Assembly: GCA_001687465.1 (NCBI GenBank) | Contig: LVLI01000549.1 | Location: forward strand, 1-64,000 | Source: Halocafeteria seosinensis | Lineage: Eukaryota | Reading direction: 5' to 3' | DNA: 64,000 nucleotides | Part shown: positions 20,227 to 31,694 of the stretch, piece by piece | Layout of the letters: the number at the start of each line of letters is the position of its first letter | Position numbering within the stretch: the stretch's first letter is position 1 | Notes under the pieces: model-generated | Told to the model about the DNA's origin: nothing | Database searches by the model: none | The model's input: the letters and a program-made list of their open reading frames with translations, nothing else | Made by a program: the position numbers and the translations under genes

Positions 20227-23200
20227 TTAGTTGGGAGTTTTTTGGGAGTCTGAGTTTGCCCCCTGGGATTTAGCAATAGCAGACGACCCAGTCCGGCGAT
20301 TAGATGTAATACGATGCATATCCTCTTCAAGCTGTTCCAATGAGCGTCGCACTCGCATTTCGACTGCACCATGAGCGAAATCGCATCTAATTCCTCTAGC
20401 ACAATATCCACCATTTGTGCGAAACCAATCCTGACATAATTTAGTTTTGTACCGCGCGTTACTTATGTTAGCTCCACCTTTATACTTTGTATTTTGCGCC
20501 CTAATTTTTTCATGCGCACTGATAACGGGAATGATTTCAAGATCTCCTTCGTCTTTGAGAGTGCTGAAAACCGGATTACTTCCATGAGGTATTCCATGAT
20601 GACGTAGCTTTTCCTCATCAATAAGATCATTCAACCTACTTCGAGGTAAGACTCGACCGTCCTCTCCCTCCTTGTATATCATTGGGTTGTCCGTAGCGGC
20701 ACGAAGACTGATACGATGACAAGTCTCCTGCCAGGATCCATAATCCAAGTACCAAGGGTTTGATTCTGTTCCAGTTTTCTCCATAGGTCGCCCTAGCTGA
20801 TCTTCGTTCGATGTGGGGGATGCTATTCGTGCCGTCACTACTCGCCGTACCTTCTTTAAATATCGACCACATGTGTTCTTGCCTAGCATCTCCTGAAAAT
20901 GAGGCTCGTGAGCAAACATTTCCAGTGCAACCTCATAGCAAGCTATCAAAAGTCTAGGAAAGCGTTCAGGAGCCAAGAAAAATGGAACCAACGCCACGTA
21001 GGAATCACTACCGATGACGTTTGAACGAACATGTTGCGGAATGTCACGATAGTGGTTGCGTTTGTTGCGGAAGACACGCAAGCAGTCCAAGACGGAACCA
21101 AAGTTATATCGACGGTATCGTGACATTTCCGTAAGGAATTCGGAAGGTAGCCTCTTGTCCCACGATGTACCAACTACGATGGAAGCTTTGGATTCGATAT
21201 ACCGGACGGCAGGGCTGTCTTCTGCTTCGATCTCTAGGCGATCCGAAACATCCTGTAAAAACTGCGAGCGTTTCTCGTCATCCCAAAAGAATGGGTGTTC
21301 AAGGATTTCTGATGTACGTGGCCGCTTTCTTGGATTCGAATGCAGCATCTGCTTCAACAAATGCTGCAATTCAGGAATGTGATCTAGCCGCCGTAGGTCC
21401 GCCTTGCCTGATAGGATCCGTCCTTCCCGCTCAAATGGCACCCCAAATGGATGTTCTCCAGCATCCACAACATAATAAATGATGCATCCCAGTGACCATA
21501 CATCAACTAACCGGCTGCTCCGCGATGGCTGCACAGCACCTTCTCCTTCACCCTCGCTGGTATCGTCAGAAGGAACATCCTCAGAAGCTTCTTCTTCGGT
21601 TCTTGACCCGCTACGGTCCACAAAGTTCCGCCAGTTTCCACCCATGCTGTTGTATAGTTGCCTCAATATTTCCGGCGCTTGCCAGCCTACCGTCCCGGGG
21701 GCGTTTCCCGTTATGCTGTGGTTATTTCCAGGAGCTGATATACTCTCCTCTTCGCTGCTACTATCCGATAGAGCAGCGTCAGCAAATTTGTTCTCTGCCA
21801 TAGTGTTATTTTGACGAGCCTTTTTTTGTAGCCTTTTCTCCGTCTTCTGGGCTTTCGCGAGGCGCTGTTTATTTTCATCCATATAGGACCCAGTGGACGA
21901 CGCGTTCAGAGCCGATTGCGCACCAGAAGCAGTGGTTTCAAGGAGAAGCTTTCCCAACCCCATGTCACTAATTTTTGGTACCCATCGAAGACCGAGTTGG
22001 TGAAACTCTCTGTGGGTACCGAAAGAAACCTGACTCTTTTCATCTGCATTCTCATCATCGGTATTTGTCTTCTGCTTCAAAAGGATGTTCTGTGGCTTGA
22101 GATCACGGTGTACAATACGCTGACAATGCAGATGATGAACCCCTGACACCAGAGCTTTCAAGAAGGAACGCGTGTATCCACTAGGAACAGCGATAGAACG
22201 ATTTCCGCTACCGCTACCACTATACGAATTTCTGGACGCATGACGACGATGAGCACTCTTCAAGATAGCAGAATCAAGCGAGCAATCACACTGTTCAAGA
22301 GCTAAGTGGACAAAATCGCCCCATTCTTTCCTATTAAAATAGCGAACTACGTTAGGATGCCCATCACTCTTTATAAGGAGGTTAATCTCTCGTTCTGCTG
22401 TCTTGAAAAAACTCTTGAGCATCTTTTTCACCGCAACCGGACGTCCTTCCAACAGCCCAGCGTAGACGACGGTGCCATGGGAGCCATATCCCATAATGTG
22501 ATCACTTATTCCCAATTCATCGATAAACTGGTACTGACGACCATTCACATTCTTGTACACCGGGATTACTGGGTTATTCTGGACATTGGTATCGGAAGAA
22601 GCAGCTCCCGGAGAGTCATCGGGGGTGCCTTGCCGTTCAGTATCCTCACCCACAGGACGAGGATGGTCAACTTTGATGCTATCCTTCTCTTTCAACAAAT
22701 CGTCTTTCCTTTTGAACGCACTGTATTTCTGGATATTGCGAATGGTGCGGTAAGGTATGTAGAGGCAGACACCAACTGCAATGATAGAGCTAATCCGGAC
22801 TAACGGGTTCTCATCAGCTTCTACTTTCCCGTAGTAACCAAGTCCTAGTACCCACTTAATTGAAGACCAGAATGACACTTCGGATATCCCTTCGAAATTC
22901 TCGACCGCGCGCATCTCACTTTCAAGCGGTGGAAACCAGTTCCTTGCGGAGAGATATGCGTACCCCATTGTTGTCCACACGCCAATGTTTGAAAGCGGCC
23001 AAGGAGACTTCAGCATGTACCGTAGCAAAGATGGCACAGAAACGTGTGCCAGGTATATGTTACTTCTTTCTTTCGATGCCTCATCCATGAGTTCTTTGGC
23101 TGCTTGAAGGGCTGATCGACCGATTTGAATATGATGCAAGATGCCAGAGCTAGTAACTGCCGCTGTCAACAAAGGCGCTAAATCCGAACGTCTCTGCAAA

Positions 23201-25827
23201 CCCCGTTCGTCTTCCATGTTCCACACAATGACAAAAGGGACGAGCGTCTTTTTTCCTGGCTCTTGATCGCCGGCTTTCGACTGTCCTGAGTTCTCAGCTT
23301 GCCTTCCTAAATACTCGCTGGGCATCAAATCCCTCCATCCCTGTGTAACGTCATCTTTGGATGCATCAAGCGGTTCGGTTTTATCACGAAGCTTGGAAAA
23401 TCCGTCAGCAAACGAATGCCTCGTAGCTGCAGGATATGCGGCTCCAGAGTTGTCTGTCTCGACCTGTGCGCCTTCATTTTCCCAAATACGACCTCCAGCA
23501 GTATAGCCCAGCAAGCCTGAGGCTGTGTCAGGTTGCGGCAGTTGCAGACGCTCCTCCGGAGCAGCGGCGATATGATTCGCTGAGCTATGTCCATCCTGTC
23601 TCTTCTCATCGGGAGCAACACTATCAATCAAAACAGCATGTACCCCATCTTCCTCTCCTTTCTTGCGACCTGTTCGTGGTACCTCATTGAGATCGTAGAC
23701 GTCCGTTTCATTACGTGGATCATAGCAAATGGTTTCATTGATATTCCAATTGGACACCTTGCACTTGGCGTCCGATTCACTTTCATAAGGTCTGGAAACA
23801 GCATTCTTATCGCGAACACTGACAGCACTAAAATAGTCATCAATGATACGGGATAACTGGGTTTTACTTAACGGCTTAATATTGGTAGCAAACCGTTGCC
23901 CATTTCCGAAACTGCCAATGTATACCTGAGCCGGTAGTTGAGGTTTTCCACTGCTTTCTGTTAAAGCTGCATGGAGACGATCAGGGGGAGGCAATGACAC
24001 AAAAGAAGGGGAGGAATCATCGGGCCAAACTTCTTCAAAGTGAACACGCATTGCTGTGTAGCTTCGAGGAATTGACCCATCATTCGTCTCTCCAAGACGC
24101 GATCCGACACGGAACATCGCCAGTACGGGTCCTCCCAGCGAGTTCTGCCACAACCATTCACCGTTGTCTTCTCGCAAAGCCATGAGGTGGCCTTGTACGG
24201 TGCTTGTGAGAACAATTTCGAATTGGCGGGCGCGAGGAAACTTTCTTCGGTGTTTCCTCGCCCTTCGAGGGTGAGCATGATGCATTTCCTCTAACGTACC
24301 ATCGCTGTCAAAACTGCGAGTAACATAACCAAGGAGGAAATTTACATATATAAGTCTCGCTACTGAGGATTTAATCGATGGGTAACAGTTATACATAACG
24401 AACACACAAGAGAGACTCGTCAGAATACCTTCTCACGATTGGTTCGCGAGCGGCGATTTCAACACAACGCTTCCTTTGCAGAGAAGGCAAGAGGCACTGC
24501 CCAGACTTCCCTAAGGAAATGTTACTAATATTCGGCCTTTTGTTTTAACATCACTCGAATCTCAAGTGAGCTCAAACATTCGCAACTTACTTTTCGACAG
24601 GCGGTGTCGTACCACCAGCGATTGTAACCTGGGGTGTGAGCACGTCTGCTACCGTGAAGTTCCAGATTTCTCGATTGCTTACACCGCGGTTTCCAGTCTG
24701 GAATGCTCTGACATTGTGGTGTTTCTGGGTCAGCCATACAAGGTCCTGCGCTTCTCGGCAACGATAGCTACTCCTGTGGGTACTTTCATCGTTGTCAAAA
24801 CATAGATCACTGTCAGTTCCGGTTGGGGGGAAGACAGCCTTTAGGGCGCCAGTTTTCAGATCGACCCCGAACATGGTGGCTGAAGTAGCCCCCGTCACCA
24901 CAGTCTTATCCCCATCGGAAAACGGGCTCCGTTCAACAAGTTGCTGTACAGTGTTCGGTAGTCGCTGGATACTGTAGTAGTCGTAGGCAAAGATACTGCC
25001 ATCAATAGCCGGAACCATCATGGCCGTGCCGATCGAAGAGTTCTTCTGATCCACTTGGAACGAGCTCAGAAAGGGCTGATCCACGTTGTACGTCCACTGC
25101 ATTCACGGTTCGGACATACGAATCACCATACGACATGAGGGTGATTGACAACTTTCGTACAGGACGTACCAAACGCTTCCCGTCCTTCGCTTGGATCGCA
25201 TGGTAGCGACCGTCCACTGTCGCAGCGATCAAGATGTCGTCGCTGCACGCGAACACAAAAGTTCCACACACACCATATCACGTCAATGAAAGTAGTCGAA
25301 GGAAAAAGCAACGAAATGGCACTGTGGCCTTGTATACTCGATGGAATCATCATGCATAAACAACACGTGTCTTACCTTCTCGCAGGTCCCACTTTGACAC
25401 CATGTCCTTCCCTCTCTTGTTCATTACCATCTCCATCTGGGTAATGGGTTTGAGAAGCATCATGGGACGAAATATCGGCGTTTAAAGTGGTGGCAGGGTC
25501 CAAAGTTGATCCTTGAAGTGGCGATGGCCGAGCCGCAAACGCAAATGCTGGAGTTCCTACAGACCCTGTAAACGAACACAAAGGACGGCGATAACGATTA
25601 GGAGGTCCGTTCCATCCGGGTAAGCCACCAGTTGCTATGAAGATGCCACATAGCGCCCATACAAGGGTCGAAGTGATCAGAAAACGGGCTCCTCCACTTC
25701 GTGAAGCAGTGCTTTTGCCCGTGATTTCAACCCTTTCACCGTTCCCCGTCTCCATTCTGAGGCTTGTTATCGTAGAAACACCACAATTACTACCATTCCG
25801 TCTGGATATATCGGATACATCCCACAT
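20227..25827 (-). CDS. IRE1: IRE1 ER-stress sensor kinase/RNase with C-terminal CCCH zinc finger (multi-exon 5' part)
   Basis: Luminal motifs AATVDG, PAIDGSIF and VQQLVERSPF; TM helix ISSIIAVGVCLYIPY; kinase GYGSHGTVV, SDGHPNVVRY, HRDLKPQN, ISDMG and GWQAPE; KEN RNase HPFFW...RNKRNHY. Confidence 0.95.
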
Positions 25828-26182
25828 AATGGGAGGTGAATGACTTGATCTTGAGATCCGGGCTCATCCGGGCCGAGGGCCCGGATGCCTTCTGACACAG
25901 ACTGCCTGCATTTGACTGGTTTTTAGGTGTATTTATAGATACTTTTCGCTAATCAGAATCGTCTATACGATCTGCAGTAGTGTCAATGTGCGAGGGGTTC
26001 TAGAACGTGGTGTTTGTGTAGAGTAAAAGGGACGATTTCTGTGGAAAATCGGTGCCAACCTCGGTATTTTGTTGGCCTTTATTCAGTCTAAATCGCTCTA
26101 TAATACAGCACTTGGTAGTGCTGAAAACGAGAAGTAAAAGTATAGATTTTCCCCCAAAGAAAAGAAGGGAAGAAAAAGAGCC

Positions 26183-27594
26183 ATGAATGGAGTTGTACGC
26201 CAAATATTGACGCTGGGACTGGTGCTCCTCTCCAGTCGATTGGACTCCACGGATCCCAGGGTTATGCTCATTGTGCGAACGTTATACGTCATTGCACAAG
26301 TTACAGCGATTTCCGCCCTCTACTACACCCAGAGACAAGTCGAGGCAAAGCAAGAAAAGGTAGGAAAATACTTCAACTTCGTGCTTCGCGAAGCACTTCA
26401 CCAACCACTTGTGACTTTACAGACTCCGAAAATATGGGTGAGAACTGAAGAGGCGAAGGCCAAACAAATGACCAGTGGCGGTTTATCCAGCATGTTCCAA
26501 AGTGTTCTCACGGGGAAAATGGAGTCATCGGCAGCGACGGAGGACGAAGAAATAGATCCGGAAGATGTAAGTGACTAGGTCTCTGATTTCGTGAAAGATA
26601 TTCATGCAAATTTCCTTTATCTGTGTGCTGCAGTTCAAGGAGTCAAACTACCACGATGTTGAATTAGAAAAACTCAGCAAAGACATGAACCAGGCAATGT
26701 TTGGGGTTCTCATTATGTTGGGTTTGCACTTATACATGGGACTGTTTATCCCGCTTATCATACAAGTTCCCTCAGCGGCGTTTAACACCCTTGACAACCC
26801 GGTCTTCAAACGGCATGTCTTAGGACACGCAGAAGAGAAACCCTACGGTGAACTGCTACAAGAGTAAGTTTATGCTATACCACGCAGCTAGCCACACTAG
26901 TCTAGCCTCGTCATTTTGTGTAATCCCTTCAGTCCGAAAGAACTCAAGGACAGCAAAGAGTCAAGTAACAGAGAAGCCGTTGCTGACGTGCCAAACAACG
27001 CCGATGCTGTCCCAGCTGAGTCACCCTCAAGGAGTTATTGCGAAGAAATGGAGGAGGCCATATATAGAAGCTGGGAAACAGCAGAGCCCATTGACCCGGA
27101 TAGCTTCGACGCAATTATTAAGGCTAAGAAGCAGTCGATAGATTTTCGGACAAAGAATGAGGGATGGACAGTTCTCATGATAGCTTGCGGAAGCCCACAG
27201 AACGACAAGGAGTTGATACAGCGTATAATAGATATGGGAGCCGACAAAACAGTAACAGATGATGATGGATGGACTGCACTGGTACGTTCATCTGAAGCAC
27301 AATTTACCATTGCTTTCCTGATTAACACTCGATACTAAAACCTAAAATTTGCAGCATTGGGCTTGCTACCACGATTGCCCTCAAGCAATTGAAGCGCTTT
27401 TAGAGAATGAAACAGTTGAAACAATGCGACGTTTGCTTCTTAAAACTTGCAAAGAAGATAAGACGGCAGTCGCGTTGGCGAGAGAGAACAGAAGCGAGTC
27501 ATGTGCAAACATTTTGCAACATTACGTCAATCTTGCTTCCCTGGACTTGGAATCCACCACTGACAACACCAAAGAAGACAATAAGTCGGAATAA
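26183..27594 (+). CDS. Pho88/SND3-family membrane protein fused to C-terminal ankyrin repeats (five exons predicted)
   Basis: VRTLYV...GLHLYMGLFIPLIIQ...LDNPVFKRHVLG is Pho88-like. Intron 26864-26932 links it in frame to GWTVLMIAC...GADKTVTDDDGWTAL-HWAC...KTAVALA ankyrin motifs. Confidence 0.75.
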
Positions 27595-27616
27595 ATGTTT
27601 GGCAGGAACCTCCGAG

Positions 27617-30600
27617 CTAAGCAGGCCTCCTTACACGTTGATGCCATTTAGGATAGTCTCTACGCTGTTGCTCAGATTCGTACCCATACGACGTCACGTT
27701 CTCCACCGGCTCCACAGTTCCGGATATTCCTTGGGTTCCGGATGAGGAAGGGTCACCGCCATGTGAGTACGTTGGTGGCATGAACACAGTCGGTGGAGTC
27801 GCCGACTGAAAAGGGATCGGAACATAGTGTGTATAAACAGCCGCGTTGCCGTGCTGATAGGAAATAGAACCATGTTGTTCTGACGTTTGTCCAATGTTGC
27901 TTCCATAATGAGCGGTATACGATGGTTGAGAATATGGGTGCACATTCTCGTCATTTCCACCAGTAGACATTGCTGCACTCGCATATTTCGGCACTCTGTT
28001 GGATGAGCTGTATCCGGTGCCGGCGCGATCTGACCTTGAAGTGGATGGGGTAAGACCAGTCGCAGTTTCCTGTTTGCTCTCATATACATTATCATTTTCC
28101 TCGATGGTTTCCGTCTCCACCCTCTTGCTTTCTTGCTTCTCCTCGTTCTCGTCGGGTGCATCCTCGTGACCACGGTGGCCTTCCTGGATTCTTCTGCTAA
28201 GACCCCGGGATTTTAGTGCTTGCTGAACCAACGAAACGATACTCTCAACATCTCCACGCCTGTCAAGCACTCGTTTCAAGTCATTTTCTGCTTGCTCACG
28301 GGAAGACTCTGCATCATCAAGCTGAGCCTTAATTTCTTGTATTCGTCTATACAGTCTATCGTTTTCATCTCGTGCTTCGCGAAGCAGTTGCTCTTTCTCA
28401 CGCATTTGCTCAATCTGAAGGGGAAAAAAGAGATATCAGCCGCTATTACTTACTACAAAAGGAGAGTTCATACCATGTATTTCTGCGGTTTCCCAGTCGT
28501 CTCTAGCTCACTGGCTAAGTCATTGTATTTCTCCCGTTCACTATCAACCCTCTCTTGAGCACGTTGCAACTCTGCCTTCAGCCTTGAGTTGTCTCGCAGG
28601 GCCTGCAATTACCAGGACTAACGGTGAAAGCATGAATGACACTCCGCGGCCTACGACAGACAACCTACCTGCATTAAGCGACGTGCGAGATCTATGCTCT
28701 GCCGGATCCTTCTGCGAGTCTTCGTTGGTACCCCACTGCCCATGGTTTCCATCACCTGCTGGGACGACGAAGAGAAATCTTCTTTATTTTCATCGGATGC
28801 AGGCTGTTGTATGCTATTCTCTACATTCGCCTGAACGAGTACCGCAGAGTCTAAATCCAATTCCAGTTGTTCGTAGGCAGAAACTTTTTCTCGCTCCATT
28901 TGGAGCTGAGACTCAAGGGATGTTAATTGCTTTGATGTTTGCGCATCTAGTTCCGAGTATGCATCTTTGGCTTCCTGTAATTGTTCAGCGACAACATCGT
29001 ATTGTCTTTGCAACTGCTTCAAGCTAGCTGTCTGCTCCTCCAAGGAAGCTGAACACCGTTCGTACTCAAACATTTTCATTTTCAGCTGACCTCGCAAGTC
29101 AGACATCTGATTCTCATAGGTACTACAAGCAGCATCATAATCGTCCTTGAGTTGATCGTATTTTGAAGAGGTATTGTCCAGTTTTTGTTGCAAGCGTTCG
29201 ACCTCCATCAGTGCATCACTCTTCGCCTTCTCCAAGTGCTGTACCTCCCGTTGATGCAATTCCCGTGTACTCTCGCGAATATACTTGATTTCCCTGTCAC
29301 TTTCGCTTTTCACCTTCTCCAATTGTTCTGACGCACGTTTTTCAATGTCATTTTGAACATGCTGGCGGACTTCTTGTATTTGTTGCGCAAGCTTTTCGGC
29401 GCGTTGTTCAGCTCGTTCTTTCTTTCGCTCTAGTTCTTCAAGAGCTTTTTCTCGCTTGCTTAACGTATCTTGAACATCCTCAACTTTCACTGATAAATGC
29501 CTCTTATCTGCTTTCAGCATCTCAAGTTCTTTGCGTGCATCTTCCAGCTGCCCCTGAAAGTGATCTCTTTCCCTAGAAGCGCTTGAGAGTTGACTCTTTA
29601 GCTCCTCGAGTTGTTTGACATCATTTTCATGCAGATGTTCCAGCTCTTCTTTCCTTGAGTTTACAGAGTCATACTCATTACTCTTGTGCTTAATAACTTC
29701 AATTTCCGATAGAGCTTCGCTGAGGCGTTCTTGCATACGATTGTTCGACTCTCTCAAAGCATCCTGTTGCCGCTCTGCGCTCGCTTGGCGTGTTTCCGCT
29801 ATGGATGCCCTATGTAGCAATTCTGAGACGTTCTTTTCTTTGTCTGTTTTTGCTTCGCTCTCGGCTTCTTTCGCGGCATGCAACTCTTCTCGCAAGCTCT
29901 TCACTTGGTCCTTAAGGGGTTTAACAGATTCATGTACAAGATATTGAATATGTTCTTTTAGGGAGACCTGGTGTTCAGGACGAATCTTGATGTCCCTCGC
30001 GGTGTCATCACTGATTAACAATTCATTCGATGAAGGAAATTCTTCCTTGGCGCACTTGACATTGTGGTCCGCTTGTTTCACCCGAGTCTCTAGATTCTTG
30101 ATTTTGCTCTTATACGTTTCTTCCTTATTTTTCGCTTTTTCCTGGAAAAGGATTTCGTACAATCCGACCAAGATCAATACGGTGTGTGGCACTTACGCGC
30201 CTACAAAATCACTTACTTGTGCTACTTTGAGTTTGGAGCTCAATTCCCCGAGCTTCTTGTCATAAGAAACCGCTTGGACATGTTTCTGGTGTTTTGTGTC
30301 TTCGAGCTCATTTTCCAGATCGGAAATCCGTCGCTGTAGTCTGCAGAAATGGAAACCAAATAAATGAGAACAAAATGCTTCGGCGATCCAGTGTAGTTCG
30401 AAAGAAACGATAATCACGTACTGCTGTATACGCTGACGCGACGGCTGACTGTCTCCTCTGTATGCTTCTTCATCCTCATCAAGCCCACCCCGCAAAATAC
30501 TTGTACGAGGAGTGCTCTCCTCCCACACACTACTGTCACCGCTACGACTGGGTGTGTTAATAACAGCGTTCTCCTCCCCACTACTGGGACCACCACTTCC

Positions 30601-31128
30601 ACTGGATGAGGAATTGCCTCCTGTATTCATAGCGCTGTCAATTTGTTTTTTCTGCGGCGTCGAAAACAGGGAAGCAGGGAGCTGCCCAGATTCTGCGGCA
30701 GATGACGACGGATGTCCACTCGCTGCCGCTGCCCCCGTAGTAGCGCCTCCTGAAGCAAACGTCGTTGGTTCTCGGCCGATACGGTTAAAGGCACCTTCGC
30801 GCTGTGAGCGTTGCCTCCTCTCCTGTGTTCTCCTGCTCTCAGGTGCCACATCCGAGCCTGCTGAGTACCCTCGGTCAGTATTGCTATTATCTGATCCACT
30901 GTGGGGTGGCGTATAGCTCTCCGAATGGGAGGAATAGCTCCCGTATGACCCTCCTCGGGCAGGCTGCTGCCGTGTGGTTCCTCGTCGTTGTCCACTAGAT
31001 GAAGATGACGAGTTCGACGACGCTTTCGAGATCACCTCTTTGATCTCCTCTTCATCGAAATAACCAGTCGCCCCAGCTTCGGCAAGCACCTGTGTGGCCT
31101 CCGCTTTGAGAGACTCATCAGACGACAT
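27617..31128 (-). CDS. PIBF1: PIBF1/CEP90-like centriolar coiled-coil protein (multi-exon)
   Basis: Long coiled coil with ELLISDD...PEHQVSLKEHIQ and GSGVPTKTRRRIRQSIDLARRL, both resembling conserved PIBF1 blocks. Confidence 0.8.
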
Positions 31129-31694
31129 TAGGCGTTAAAAATGGCGTGGAATTCAAATCGAAGTCAGTCCTCTTTGAAAGCTTGTATTTCTATAGATACC
31201 GCCTCTATTTAAACGCCGATAAGCTTATTCGAGACAGTATACAATTATTTATCTAATGACGTGATGCTGACTCTATACTAACGAGACAAACACATTGAAA
31301 TCGATAGAGTATGCATGGGTGGCTACCAAAACGGCTGGCTAAAAGGACGCCCGTCGAGAGGGGAGTTGGCAGCGTCCTTAGAAGGGATTTCTCCTAAAAT
31401 GGAAAAATTGGGACGTGAGCAACCTTATGGATGATGCGCGTTTCAAAATCAACAACGACCCTACCGAATGGAATGAGGTTTGATCCTCGTGGTTCGTGAG
31501 GTTATGGTGGTTGGTTGACTTCCACTTCACTTCTGTCGCGTAAGCTTCGGGTAGAACTGCCTTTTCAGTTTATGGTGATTGTCTGGGTACTCCCGTATTG
31601 TATCCTCTCTGCTTACCGTGTTTTGGTTGGGCTTACATTGTTCTGTGCGAGCAAAAGAAGCAGGTCTTTCTCTTTTCCAGACAGCCTCGGAGAA

